Shown here piece after piece: positions 46,143 to 55,839 of a DNA stretch of 64,000 bases. Source of the DNA: Candidatus Omnitrophota bacterium (lineage in GTDB: Bacteria; Omnitrophota; Gorgyraeia; Pluralincolimonadales; Pluralincolimonadaceae); the NCBI GenBank assembly GCA_003141835.1, contig PLNR01000004.1, positions 13,943 to 77,942 on the forward strand, given 5' to 3'. The notes under the pieces are model-generated. The model had not been told where the DNA came from and did no database searches. It was given only the letters and a program-made list of their open reading frames with translations. The translations under genes and the position numbers were made by a program. The first letter of the stretch is position 1; each line of letters begins with the position of its first letter.

Positions 46143-48269
46143 TTATTTGGAGGGCTTGACCTTGCAGCCCAGGTCGGTAGTAAAGGTAGGTATGGCCAGC
46201 TCGAGATTCCCGTTCCGGCACTCGGCCTTGTCGCTCCGGACCACGCCGCAGGCTATGGTATCGAAATATTCGACGGTGTAATTCCCGTCCCTTAAACCGG
46301 TTATGACGACCCGGGGTATCTCTATCCAGGTATATCTGATGCCTTTCCTGCGGTTATCGACCGTATCATCCCGGTTCTTAAGCCAGATATATGCCGAATC
46401 TTCAGACCGGATGCCTATCACCTGGAGCGGGTTGGAATAGCCGCTCAGGCAGATGTTCCTCACCCTGAACCAATCGCCTCCGTCATTTGTTATCTTTATG
46501 CGGTGCTTCCCCCTGGAAACACCGATCTCAAAACTGTCGTCGAGATGCTTGTAGCTCGGCAGCGGCTTATAAATATGTTCCAGTACCATACGGTCATCAA
46601 GCCAAATGGCGGCTTTGGCCCCGCCTTCGGAGACCATATCGATATTAAGCGTGAATGAACCGTCCTCGGGATAATCGACGACGAATACCGGCGTGACCTT
46701 CATATCCTTGTGCGCCGCGCCCTGGAAAAATCTCGAGAGCTTATCGATACCGGAGACGCGCCCGTCGTTTCCCACGATGAGCTCCGAGGCTGACGAGGCC
46801 TGCCAGTCGAGGTAAGGCGTGAAAGTGAGCGTGTTATAGGTATCCTTGGGGCTTAATATCCTGTATTCGATATCCGTGAATTTTTTCCCGCGCCTGTCAT
46901 CGCCGGCGGTAAACCCTGAGACCGCCTTAAGCTCGTAGAAAAGGCCGCGCGGCTTGATAAAGCTGTCCCACCACCAATACATCGCCGTCCCGGCGGCAGG
47001 CGAGGCGGCCGACGACCAGAGCGCGTTATGGAACCTTATCCCCTGCGGGTCCTGCCTGCGCTCTACCGTCCCCTCTTTCGCGGTGCTGGCTACTTCGGAA
47101 ATAAGTACCGGCTTTCCGTACCTCTCCCTAAACTCCTTCGCGCAAAAGACTATCTCATCTATCATCACGTCGCTGTACTGGTGGATCTGCGTATAGCTGA
47201 TATACGGCGCGCGCCAAAGCCCGTAATCGAGCGGCTTTGAGCAACTCGTGGTGATCATGTGGCCCATCGGGTCCAGGCTTTTTATGTGATCCGCCATCTC
47301 TTTATGCCATTCCCCGGCGCGGGCATCGTCGAAATTGTCGGTCAGGTCGACTTCGTTCCAGAGCTCCCACGAGAATATCGCCGGGCTGTATCCCCACCTG
47401 GCGATTATATAACGGAGCCTGTTCTTGAAAAGCTTTTTCGCGGTCTCGTCCGTGAAGAAATCCGGCGGAGAGCCGCACGGCCCGCCGTTCTTCTTGTTAT
47501 AAGGGTTAGCGCCCCACTCCGAGTTGGCCGAACTGCTCAGTTGGCCGTGGATATTGACAGTAAGCTGGACCCGTACGCCGTATTTTTCGGCCATCCCGAG
47601 GATATTGTCTATCCTGTCCGCATTCCTGAGGTTATATACGCCAAGGCCGCCGTACGACTTATCCTTCTTCCATTCAAGCCCGAGGCCCCACGAACACAGC
47701 CACAGCCTCGTCCAGTTCCCGCCGTTGCTTCCTATCTTCTTATAATAGTCATCGTAATTATAAAGCACGTCTCCCCCGAGCCAGGCGACGTTCATGCCGA
47801 CCGGGAAGAAGAACCTGCCGTCCGAGGTCTCGAAATAACAGGGATCGATCTTGCTTACCCTGACCGGTCCTGCCGTCGTCGAAGGGAAGCATGTGAATCC
47901 GGCAACAGGAGACCTGGCTGAGGAGTGTTTGTCCGCGACTGTCGCGCAATAGGTCCAGTCCCCCTCTTCATCCGGGGAGAAGCGTATCTTCCAAACAGGC
48001 CTTTTCCCGGACGATGAATAAAGGAACCCGGGGACCTTTATCTCTTTGGATGACGGCGACTTGAATATTCCGGAGAGGTCTACCTGCGAAGGGTCAAAAG
48101 GATTTTCATATTCGGCGCTTAGGTCCACCGTGAGCTCGAAAAGACCGTATCTCCCGACCTTTTCCGAAGAAGCGGCGATTGAATTTATCGTGGCCGGCTT
48201 ATAGGCGAACGCTTCGGCGGAAATGAGTAGAAACGCGCAGGCTAGAAAGCCAAGGCAGCTTTTTTTCAT
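46143..48269 (-). CDS. secreted GH5-like glycoside hydrolase (DUF5060 N-domain + DUF4038 TIM-barrel type)
   Basis: A signal peptide, an Ig-like N-domain and a catalytic region with ...FSWELWNEVD (the NE acid/base motif) are present. It is paralogous to 55840..58707. Confidence 0.65.
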   Translation of the reverse strand: MKKSCLGFLACAFLLISAEAFAYKPATINSIAASSEKVGRYGLFELTVDLSAEYENPFDPSQVDLSGIFKSPSSKEIKVPGFLYSSSGKRPVWKIRFSPDEEGDWTYCATVADKHSSARSPVAGFTCFPSTTAGPVRVSKIDPCYFETSDGRFFFPVGMNVAWLGGDVLYNYDDYYKKIGSNGGNWTRLWLCSWGLGLEWKKDKSYGGLGVYNLRNADRIDNILGMAEKYGVRVQLTVNIHGQLSSSANSEWGANPYNKKNGGPCGSPPDFFTDETAKKLFKNRLRYIIARWGYSPAIFSWELWNEVDLTDNFDDARAGEWHKEMADHIKSLDPMGHMITTSCSKPLDYGLWRAPYISYTQIHQYSDVMIDEIVFCAKEFRERYGKPVLISEVASTAKEGTVERRQDPQGIRFHNALWSSAASPAAGTAMYWWWDSFIKPRGLFYELKAVSGFTAGDDRRGKKFTDIEYRILSPKDTYNTLTFTPYLDWQASSASELIVGNDGRVSGIDKLSRFFQGAAHKDMKVTPVFVVDYPEDGSFTLNIDMVSEGGAKAAIWLDDRMVLEHIYKPLPSYKHLDDSFEIGVSRGKHRIKITNDGGDWFRVRNICLSGYSNPLQVIGIRSEDSAYIWLKNRDDTVDNRRKGIRYTWIEIPRVVITGLRDGNYTVEYFDTIACGVVRSDKAECRNGNLELAIPTFTTDLGCKVKPSK

Positions 48270-48272
48270 ATG

Positions 48273-49157
48273 TCACGCTTTAAGGCCGGTAAGGGCTATG
48301 CCCTTTATGAAATACTTCTGGAAGGCTATAAAGACTATCAATACCGGGGCCGTGGCGACCACTGCGCCGGCCATGACCATCGCGAAGTTCGTCCCGAATT
48401 GCCCGTTCAGGACAGAGAGGGCAAGGGGTATCGTCCTCATTTTCGAGGAATATATTATGACGAGGGGCCAGACGAAATTATTCCATTGCGCCATGAAAGT
48501 GAATATCGCCAGCGAGGCGAGCGCCGGTTGTATCAGCGGAAGTATCACCCTGCGGTATATCGTGAACTCGGTGCAACCGTCTATCTTTGCCGCGTCTATG
48601 AGGTCATCTGGGATGTTCGAGATGAACTGCCTCATCAGGAATATCCCGAACGCGCCTGACATCGCCGGGATTATCAGCCCGTAAAACGAGTTGAGCCACC
48701 CGAACTTCTTCACTATCACGAAACTCGGTATCAGGTTGACCTGCCACGGGATCATCATCGAGCCGACGAGCAGGAGGAAGAGCTTGTCCCTGCCGAAGAA
48801 CCGGTGCTTGGCAAAGGCGTAGCCGGCCAGGGAACAGAAGAATATATTGGCCACCGTTATAGCGGTCGTGGCAAAAAGGCTGTTGAGGAAATACCTGCCC
48901 ATCGGTATTATCCTGAAGAGTTCGAGGTACGCCGCGATCGTCGGTTTGCGGATGAAGAAGCTCGGCGGATAGGTGTTTATCTCGTCGAGCGGCTTGAACG
49001 ACGTGGCTATCATCCAGACGAACGGCACGATCATTATGAACGAACCGGCTATCAGGAAAATATATATAAGGAGATTGGCGGTCCGCTGCTGCTTCTTCTT
49101 GCTGGTTACCCTGACCGCGCCCCTTCTTTCCAGCTCTTTTATCCCGTTCATATCCAT
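48273..49157 (-). CDS. carbohydrate ABC transporter permease (MalG-like)
   Basis: Six TM and an EAA-like loop (DAAKIDGCTEFTIYRRVILP). Confidence 0.85.
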   Translation of the reverse strand: MDMNGIKELERRGAVRVTSKKKQQRTANLLIYIFLIAGSFIMIVPFVWMIATSFKPLDEINTYPPSFFIRKPTIAAYLELFRIIPMGRYFLNSLFATTAITVANIFFCSLAGYAFAKHRFFGRDKLFLLLVGSMMIPWQVNLIPSFVIVKKFGWLNSFYGLIIPAMSGAFGIFLMRQFISNIPDDLIDAAKIDGCTEFTIYRRVILPLIQPALASLAIFTFMAQWNNFVWPLVIIYSSKMRTIPLALSVLNGQFGTNFAMVMAGAVVATAPVLIVFIAFQKYFIKGIALTGLKA

Positions 49158-49158
49158 G

Positions 49159-50061
49159 TCAGTACTCGATCTTTTTCTCCACCAGCCGCATGTTGACGAT
49201 CGTTACGATAAAAAGCACCAGGAATATAAGGTACGCCAGCGCCGAGGCGTAACCCATCGCGAACCTCTGGAACCCGGTGTCGTAGAGGTACGCGACTATC
49301 GTCAGCGCGCAGTCAAGCGCGCCGCCCACCGCCCCCTCGGAACTGTAAGTCATTATATATACCGCGTCGAAGACCTGGAACGCGCTTATGATCGACATTA
49401 TGGTGACGAAGAGCATCGTCGGCGCCAACAGCGGCAGCGTGATGTTGCGGAACTTGTCCCATTCGCTCGCCCCGTCGACCTCGGCCGCCTCATAGAAGAC
49501 GTGCGGGATGCCCTGAAGCCCGGCGATGAACAGTATCATGTTATACCCGAGCCCTCCCCAGACGCTCATGATTATTATCGAGGGGAGCGTCCAATCGATC
49601 CCGAGCCAGTTCACCGGCGGTATCCCGATCGAAGAAAGGGCGTGGTTGAAGAGGCCGTATTTGCCGCTGGCGTAAAGCCATTTCCAGATGACCGATATCG
49701 CTATTATCGAGGTTATGCTGGGGATGAAGAAGAACGTCTTGAACCAGTTCTTGAAACGGATATTCTGGTCGATGGCGACGGCGAGGGCAAGCGAGATCAC
49801 TATGCTCGTCGGGACCGTGCCTGCCACATATATCGCAGTGTTTGTCATCGCTTTCCAGAAACGCGGGTCATGGAACAGTATGTTTATGTAATTCTGGAAC
49901 CCGACGAATTTGGGCGGCTGGAGGATATTATACTGGGTGAAACTCCAGTAAAGCGACGCGAAGACCGGTATTATCAGGAAAAGGGTGAAGATCATGAAAG
50001 ACGGGCCGATGAAGATGTAAGACCATTTCTGCCTGTTCAGTTCTTTTGCGAACGGTTTCAC
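49159..50061 (-). CDS. carbohydrate ABC transporter permease (MalF-like)
   Basis: Six TM and the EAA motif (YEAAEVDGASEWDKFRNITLP). Confidence 0.85.
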   Translation of the reverse strand: MKPFAKELNRQKWSYIFIGPSFMIFTLFLIIPVFASLYWSFTQYNILQPPKFVGFQNYINILFHDPRFWKAMTNTAIYVAGTVPTSIVISLALAVAIDQNIRFKNWFKTFFFIPSITSIIAISVIWKWLYASGKYGLFNHALSSIGIPPVNWLGIDWTLPSIIIMSVWGGLGYNMILFIAGLQGIPHVFYEAAEVDGASEWDKFRNITLPLLAPTMLFVTIMSIISAFQVFDAVYIMTYSSEGAVGGALDCALTIVAYLYDTGFQRFAMGYASALAYLIFLVLFIVTIVNMRLVEKKIEY

Positions 50062-51332
50062 TTCTTGAGCCTCCTGTTCAGCTCATCATTGGCATCGGTT
50101 AAAGCGGCCTCGACGTCCTTGCCCTTGAGGACGATAAGCTGTATGGCCGTATCTATGAACCTCGTGCTGTCGTCCCAACCCAACAAGGACGGGGGGCCTT
50201 TCGAGTCAAAAGCCTGCGCTTTAAGCGGTCCCTTGAACGCCGCATCCATCGGCAGGATGTCCCACGTCTTGATATTGGGAGGAAGATACGTATCGTGCGA
50301 CTCGAGGGTCGCCTCGTATAATTTCAGCTGGATGTCCGGACGGGAAAGATACTTTATGAATCCCCACGATTCATTCTGCAGCTTGGATTGGGAAAATATC
50401 CCCATCACCCTGCCGCCGATGAACCCCGTCCTTTTTCCCGTTGGCCCGGCCGGCAGCTGCGATATGCCCCATTTACCGTTTATCTCCGGCGCAACGTCGG
50501 CAAGGGTCTTCATCTTCCAGTTCCCGGAGATGAATATCGGGTAGTCTCCCATCTTAAATCCCTGCTCGACGGGTTTCTCCTCTTTCGGCACTCCGTATCT
50601 TTTATAAAGTCCGGTGAAAAATTCCATCCCTGTTTCCGCGGCTGCGGTATCGAGGGTGGCAACCGTATTCTCTTTATTATAAAAATCCCCGCCTGCCTGC
50701 CATAGGAAAGGGCTGTACCCTATCCACCCGAGCCCTCCCCAGTCTATTATCATCGATTTGCCGTTGCGGTTAAGTTCTGCCAAAAGCGAGGCCAGCTCTT
50801 TCCAGTCCCGGGGCGGCTTCCCGATCATGTCGGTCCTGTAATACATTATATATTCGCTTATATCGAATGGCACGGCATAGACGCTGTCCTTGTACCTTAT
50901 CGACGCGGCGAGGCCGGGGAAGATATCGTCCTCTATGGCCTTGAGGTCTGCGGGAAAAGCCTTCTGGAGGTCGACCATCGCCCCGAGATTCCCGAATTCC
51001 GTTCCCCAGGTTAGCCCCATCGTCCCGATGTCAGGGGTGACTTCGCCGACGACCGAAGTAAGGTATTTCGAATGCGCCTCTCCCCACGAGATCGCCTCGC
51101 ACCTTACTTTGACGCCGGTCTCTTTATAAAAATCCCGCCCGAGCTCGGTTATCTTCTGGGCCTGCTTCTCGGAACCGACGAGCCACATGAGTATCTCTTT
51201 TTCGGAGGACTTTTTCACGCAGCCGGAAAAGCAGGACAAGGCGAGGGCCGCAAAAAATAAAAAAAGACAGCATATGGCTTTTCCGCGTTTTATGCCGCGC
51301 ATAGTCTCACTTTTTTTCCTGTTTGCCTGCAA
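50058..51332 (-). CDS. ABC transporter extracellular solute-binding protein (family 1, sugar)
   Basis: A lipoprotein-like signal (…ALSCFSGC) precedes the SBP_bac_1-like body. Confidence 0.8.
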   Translation of the reverse strand: MQANRKKSETMRGIKRGKAICCLFLFFAALALSCFSGCVKKSSEKEILMWLVGSEKQAQKITELGRDFYKETGVKVRCEAISWGEAHSKYLTSVVGEVTPDIGTMGLTWGTEFGNLGAMVDLQKAFPADLKAIEDDIFPGLAASIRYKDSVYAVPFDISEYIMYYRTDMIGKPPRDWKELASLLAELNRNGKSMIIDWGGLGWIGYSPFLWQAGGDFYNKENTVATLDTAAAETGMEFFTGLYKRYGVPKEEKPVEQGFKMGDYPIFISGNWKMKTLADVAPEINGKWGISQLPAGPTGKRTGFIGGRVMGIFSQSKLQNESWGFIKYLSRPDIQLKLYEATLESHDTYLPPNIKTWDILPMDAAFKGPLKAQAFDSKGPPSLLGWDDSTRFIDTAIQLIVLKGKDVEAALTDANDELNRRLKK

Positions 51333-52356
51333 AAGTTTCCAGGTCCGAAAGCCTTCCCTCGATATCCTTTTTCAGGGTCTCGGTATCCTTGCTTCCCGCC
51401 CATGTGGAAAGGTTATAAGTAAGGTTGTTCGCCTTGAACAATTCGTCCGTATACCTGCTGATAAGCCTCTCCAGAGAATAGGCGACCTCGTTCAAATTGC
51501 TCTCCTGTAGCGCAAAATCGAAGTTCGCCACCTTGGTGTGGTACTTTGCTATCGACGATTTGATATCGTTTATTTTAGCCTGCCATTTTAAGGCGCGGGC
51601 ATTCCAGGCGGCTTTGTTGAAAGCTGCCTTTTGTGCCTCGTACTCGCCCGTCAGCTCGCCGTACATGCCGGCGGCGCCTTTTATCTGCGATATCAACTCG
51701 GACCTGCGCTTATCCACTAAATTCTCGACTTCCTCCGGGACGCCGACGGTCACCTCGGACTCGGCTTTTATCTCTTTCAGCCCTTTTACTTTTTCTTTTA
51801 CGGCCTCGTCTTCCTGTCCATCCGGTGAAAAAACCGCTTCCACGACATACGAACCCGGCGGGATCTTCTTGTTGCTGGATTGCCCGATCCTTACCGAGAA
51901 AGGGGACTTCCCGATCTTCTCTTTGCGCGCTTGTATCGTCTCTACGGGGCTCTTCAAAACGAACTCGATAACGGTATTCGGCGGCAGGTTCGTAGTCCCT
52001 TCGACAACGATCGCGTCCCCGCTTGAAAGCTTTTTGTATTCCGCTTTTATTGCCAACCCGGATTTTTGGGCCTCGGGTTGTCCGCCGGCCTGCACGCCCT
52101 CTTTATGGGTTACGTTCCCGGATGTATCATCGAAAAAACCAGGGGCCAGCTCCTTCTTCTCCACTGCTTTTATCTTGTCTTTTTTAATGACGACCTGCCC
52201 TATCTTAATCTTTAAGGTAACCGCTTCGCCGGTCTCTTCCGTGATCTCCCCTTCGACGTCGCGGCCGTTATTAAGATGTACCACATCGCCGGAAGCGGAA
52301 GGCCGGACCAGTAAAATAAAAACAAACACGCATGTTATAATGAGATCTTTGCGCAT
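51307..52356 (-). CDS. hypothetical secreted protein
   Basis: A signal peptide is present. I recognise no family. Confidence 0.4.
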   Translation of the reverse strand: MRKDLIITCVFVFILLVRPSASGDVVHLNNGRDVEGEITEETGEAVTLKIKIGQVVIKKDKIKAVEKKELAPGFFDDTSGNVTHKEGVQAGGQPEAQKSGLAIKAEYKKLSSGDAIVVEGTTNLPPNTVIEFVLKSPVETIQARKEKIGKSPFSVRIGQSSNKKIPPGSYVVEAVFSPDGQEDEAVKEKVKGLKEIKAESEVTVGVPEEVENLVDKRRSELISQIKGAAGMYGELTGEYEAQKAAFNKAAWNARALKWQAKINDIKSSIAKYHTKVANFDFALQESNLNEVAYSLERLISRYTDELFKANNLTYNLSTWAGSKDTETLKKDIEGRLSDLETFAGKQEKK

Positions 52357-54828
52357 CTACACGCCCCTTAAATATAATATACGGGCGCCCCTCGTATACG
52401 TTATGGTCACGTCGTCCAGGAGAGGGGTGTCGAGCAGGCCTGTCCCGGTCGTGATAAAATAGGCCTTGTATTTAACCGCGCCGAGGTTTGAGGTCGGCCT
52501 GTCGAGGGGGTTGCCCGCGGTATTTGTCCTCGTCGAATAGCTCCCGATCCAATTCGAGCCGTCAAATACGTCAAATTGCATGTCGGCGCCGGGAACCCCG
52601 GCCGGGAGATGCTCGGTCCAGTAGGCATTGCAAAGCCTCGCGGGCGTATTATTCGGCAAAGACGGCAATTGGCTTGAAAGAGGCGCCGATTCAAATGACG
52701 CGTCCCCGGCGTTGTAATATATGCCCCTGTCCGAATCGGCCTGTATCTGCGCCTGCGTGCGGACCGAATTAAAGATCCTTATGCCGGCGATCGTAGAATA
52801 ACATTCGACATCCTTGCTCAAATCGTTCCACGCATCCCCGCCCACCTGGATGAAGTTAAACGGGAGCGTGGGCCCTGTCGGGTAACGGGCTACCTGGTTC
52901 CAGGCATAGCCGTCGCAATAAAGCCACTGTTCTCCCTGGGGGGTGGGCGTGCCCTGGTCCCAGTAACGCCAGGAAAAAGCGACATGATGCCAACCGCCGG
53001 CTTTCCATTGGGAATTATCGAATTGCTGGCTGTATACGCAGTAATAATACCTTGCCCACCAGGAATCGTACCCCCAGTAATTTGCGCCATAAAGTGACCC
53101 GGAGGCGGCAAAATCCCCCCATGTCTTCGTGGAAAGATGTTTATCCCATGACTGCCTCCAGAATTCAAATTCGATAGCCGACCTTCCGAAATTGTTCGAG
53201 TCGGTCACCGCAAGGAATCTAGCGCAGTTGTAGGTTCCGAGGAGCCATTGGTCGCTCGTATACCAATCCGACTTGACCCACATCTCGACCGTTCCTATAG
53301 TGTTATCCACGGCGCCGGAAGCCGGATACGCCGGGTCGTACGTCGCGTCGCCGGCCAAGCTGCCGTCCCCCAAATAAAGGCCGTCGGGATACATATTGCC
53401 CCGGTTGGCGGGATCTATGACGCTTGCTATGTTAGGGTTGGTCTTGCCATTCAAGTGCGTAAAGGCCTGGCCGCTATCGGCATTCAAAGAACTGTTCCCG
53501 TTATAATTCACAAGGAAATGCGTCCCGGAATCCGGGGTGGAGTCCTTCAGCGTCGCCAGCATTATCTGGCCGTCATAATTAGCCGCTGCCGGAACGGCCG
53601 CTACCGGTTCGGGATAAGTCACCAAGTTGGCTTTTACGCCGGCTTCGAACTGCGCCTGCGTCGTCTGCCGCCATTGGTCGAACAGCTTTACGACCACATC
53701 AAGGCTTTTTGAGGCTACCTGGCCCCCGCCCGGATTGCGCAGCGTTCCGGTAGAGGTGATCTCGTAATATCCGCCTGAATTGAAACAAAACTCCGTGGTA
53801 TAAACGGTCAATTGCGTCTTGTCTATTCCGTCGGTGCCGGCCCGCGGATAGGCGGCCGAACTCGATTTGGATACGTGCTTGCCCCTCCAGCTGTTATTCG
53901 GGTTAGCGCTCATATAATCGGTATTCGGATCGGCGTTAGCCATAACGATGGCCGCGTCGCCATCCGCTATGATGCTGGCGGCCTGTGCGGCAAGAAGCCT
54001 CGTCCATAAGTCGTCGTAAGTCATATAAGGCCTGTTGGCGATCAGATAGTCCGCCAAAGAGGCGGCTTCGGCCGAAGAGATGGAATTAACGCCGTTGTTG
54101 GTTATGCCTGTCAATACCGCGATCAACACCTGCCTGGATGCGGTATTCACATTGATCGGGGCCCTGGGAGCCGCGGCATACGGGTACGCCGCGCTTATGA
54201 CATCGGGATCCACAAAGGCGTAAATGGTAATATAATCCTTTATGGCGTTATACTTAGCCTGCGCCTGGGAGGCGCTCCCGCTTAATACAGTCTTGATCTG
54301 TTCTTTGGTCGTATATCCGGCGACCGCCCGGCCGGTTATCAACTGGCTTATATCGGCCGCGGTCAAAGGGGAGCCGAGAGCGGTATTTAAATTGGTAAGA
54401 ATAGCGCCTAAATTGGGGTTAAGGCTGTCGTTTATATATATCTGCCTGTTGCAGTCTATGATAATCGCGCTATAACCGCCGAGGCTATCCAATAAGCTTG
54501 AATCGCTGTATCCGGAATACCAGGCCTCGCCCGGATAATCTGCCGCGCTCTGTATCGCGCCGCCGGCGCCGTACCGCAGCTCGTTTATGCTCCTGTTTAC
54601 GCCGGCCTCTGCCAGGTATTTCGCTTTCACGGAATCTTCGAAACTTTTCGAGGACTTGAGGTCCATTATCATATTTACGGTAAAAGAAATACCGACAAGG
54701 ACAAGCAGGGCCAGTACCCCTACCGTAAGGACAAGGACGACTCCCCTCCTCTTCCTCCTGGAGATAAAAAAGGGGGTGCTTAAAGCTATTTTCGGGTGAG
54801 GGAGCAAGTCCTTTTGAACTTTCCTCAT
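52357..54828 (-). CDS. large pseudopilin-like protein (GspK/minor-pilin-like N-terminus + ~750-aa aromatic-rich beta domain)
   Basis: The N-terminus RRGVVLVLTVGVLALLVLVGISF...AKYLAEAGV resembles T2SS GspK or type IV minor pilins. The rest is rich in W, Y and G. Confidence 0.4.
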   Translation of the reverse strand: MRKVQKDLLPHPKIALSTPFFISRRKRRGVVLVLTVGVLALLVLVGISFTVNMIMDLKSSKSFEDSVKAKYLAEAGVNRSINELRYGAGGAIQSAADYPGEAWYSGYSDSSLLDSLGGYSAIIIDCNRQIYINDSLNPNLGAILTNLNTALGSPLTAADISQLITGRAVAGYTTKEQIKTVLSGSASQAQAKYNAIKDYITIYAFVDPDVISAAYPYAAAPRAPINVNTASRQVLIAVLTGITNNGVNSISSAEAASLADYLIANRPYMTYDDLWTRLLAAQAASIIADGDAAIVMANADPNTDYMSANPNNSWRGKHVSKSSSAAYPRAGTDGIDKTQLTVYTTEFCFNSGGYYEITSTGTLRNPGGGQVASKSLDVVVKLFDQWRQTTQAQFEAGVKANLVTYPEPVAAVPAAANYDGQIMLATLKDSTPDSGTHFLVNYNGNSSLNADSGQAFTHLNGKTNPNIASVIDPANRGNMYPDGLYLGDGSLAGDATYDPAYPASGAVDNTIGTVEMWVKSDWYTSDQWLLGTYNCARFLAVTDSNNFGRSAIEFEFWRQSWDKHLSTKTWGDFAASGSLYGANYWGYDSWWARYYYCVYSQQFDNSQWKAGGWHHVAFSWRYWDQGTPTPQGEQWLYCDGYAWNQVARYPTGPTLPFNFIQVGGDAWNDLSKDVECYSTIAGIRIFNSVRTQAQIQADSDRGIYYNAGDASFESAPLSSQLPSLPNNTPARLCNAYWTEHLPAGVPGADMQFDVFDGSNWIGSYSTRTNTAGNPLDRPTSNLGAVKYKAYFITTGTGLLDTPLLDDVTITYTRGARILYLRGV

Positions 54829-54884
54829 AGCTTTAATACCCCCTTTATTATTTTCCTTATTGTACCTCTACTTTCGAACTTTTA

Positions 54885-55625
54885 CTACGCTTTCTTCTTT
54901 CTAGCGAAACCAAAGATGCCGATCAAGCCGCTGCCGAGAAGAAGCATGCTCGCCGGTTCAGGAACCACGGTGTAGTCGTCGACATAGACGGGGCCGTCAT
55001 AAGTCCCTGTAGCCGAACCGCCGGTACCTATCTTGACGCCAAGGGTGACTACCTGAGTCGAGTCAAACCCCGCATCTACAAAATCCGGAGTTGTCGTGCC
55101 TAATGTTGAAGAGAGCGTCGTCCAGCTGTTTTCGACCATGTTCTGCCAAGGGCCATACCACGACTTGTAGTTGACGTCCTTGAAGAACATCTGCCAGCCG
55201 TTAGAAGACGAGGGATTTGTCCCTGCGGCACCGGTCGGGCCGAATACGCCCACAGACGCCGTAAGGCCTCCAAGGTTCAGTTTGTTCGCCTGCGTCCTTG
55301 TGACCAAAAGCTCACCCTTGCTGAAATGAGCATCACCCGGGACCAGATGGGTCGTTCCTACCAATGAGTTGGCACCGGTTAACGCCTGAGCCGCCGACTG
55401 TGCTGCTGTCGATATAGCCTGGCTGTCCGTATAATTCTGGAACGTCCATCCTTCTGTCCCTGTCTCGAAGTCATACAAAGTTGTACCGAACGCCGAACCG
55501 CTTACCAATAACATCGCTGCAATCACTACCATGTACTTCATCATTATTGTTTTCACCTCCTCCTTTTTAAAATTTAAAATTGTTTGGTTTATCTCTTCCT
55601 TTACTACTACTAAACTCTTTACCAT
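54885..55625 (-). CDS. PEP-CTERM sorting-domain protein
   Basis: The C-terminus VPEPASMLLLGSGLIGIFGFARKKKA follows PEP-CTERM architecture (VPEP + TM + basic tail). The N-terminus has a signal peptide. Confidence 0.75.
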   Translation of the reverse strand: MVKSLVVVKEEINQTILNFKKEEVKTIMMKYMVVIAAMLLVSGSAFGTTLYDFETGTEGWTFQNYTDSQAISTAAQSAAQALTGANSLVGTTHLVPGDAHFSKGELLVTRTQANKLNLGGLTASVGVFGPTGAAGTNPSSSNGWQMFFKDVNYKSWYGPWQNMVENSWTTLSSTLGTTTPDFVDAGFDSTQVVTLGVKIGTGGSATGTYDGPVYVDDYTVVPEPASMLLLGSGLIGIFGFARKKKA

Positions 55626-55839
55626 TGGACAACCCTCCTTTCCTTTGATTAGTATAACCGAGTATACTATTTAACAGGAAACAAAGATGTTTTTACAAGG
55701 TTTAAACAATTATTGAATAACATGGCAAGTATACTCTGGTATAACTATCTTGGGCAAATATATCACTTTAGAGCTCTTTTGTCAAGAATATATAGTTGCT
55801 TTTTTAAGGGAAAATATTGTTATCTTACGTCTAAGATCC

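Noticed and set aside
47259-50544. Plus-strand ORFs opposite the GH5-like gene and ABC permeases (47259..47921, 48973..50544 523 aa, 48804..49196).
   Set aside because: Their antisense-frame composition is R/P/E/D-rich, without membrane helices where the sense strand encodes permeases. I found no RBS or homology.
55626-55839. AT-rich 214-bp gap upstream of the PEP-CTERM gene. I considered an sRNA or IS remnant.
   Set aside because: I saw no inverted repeats, no ORF and no recognisable motif. It is most simply a promoter-containing intergenic region.
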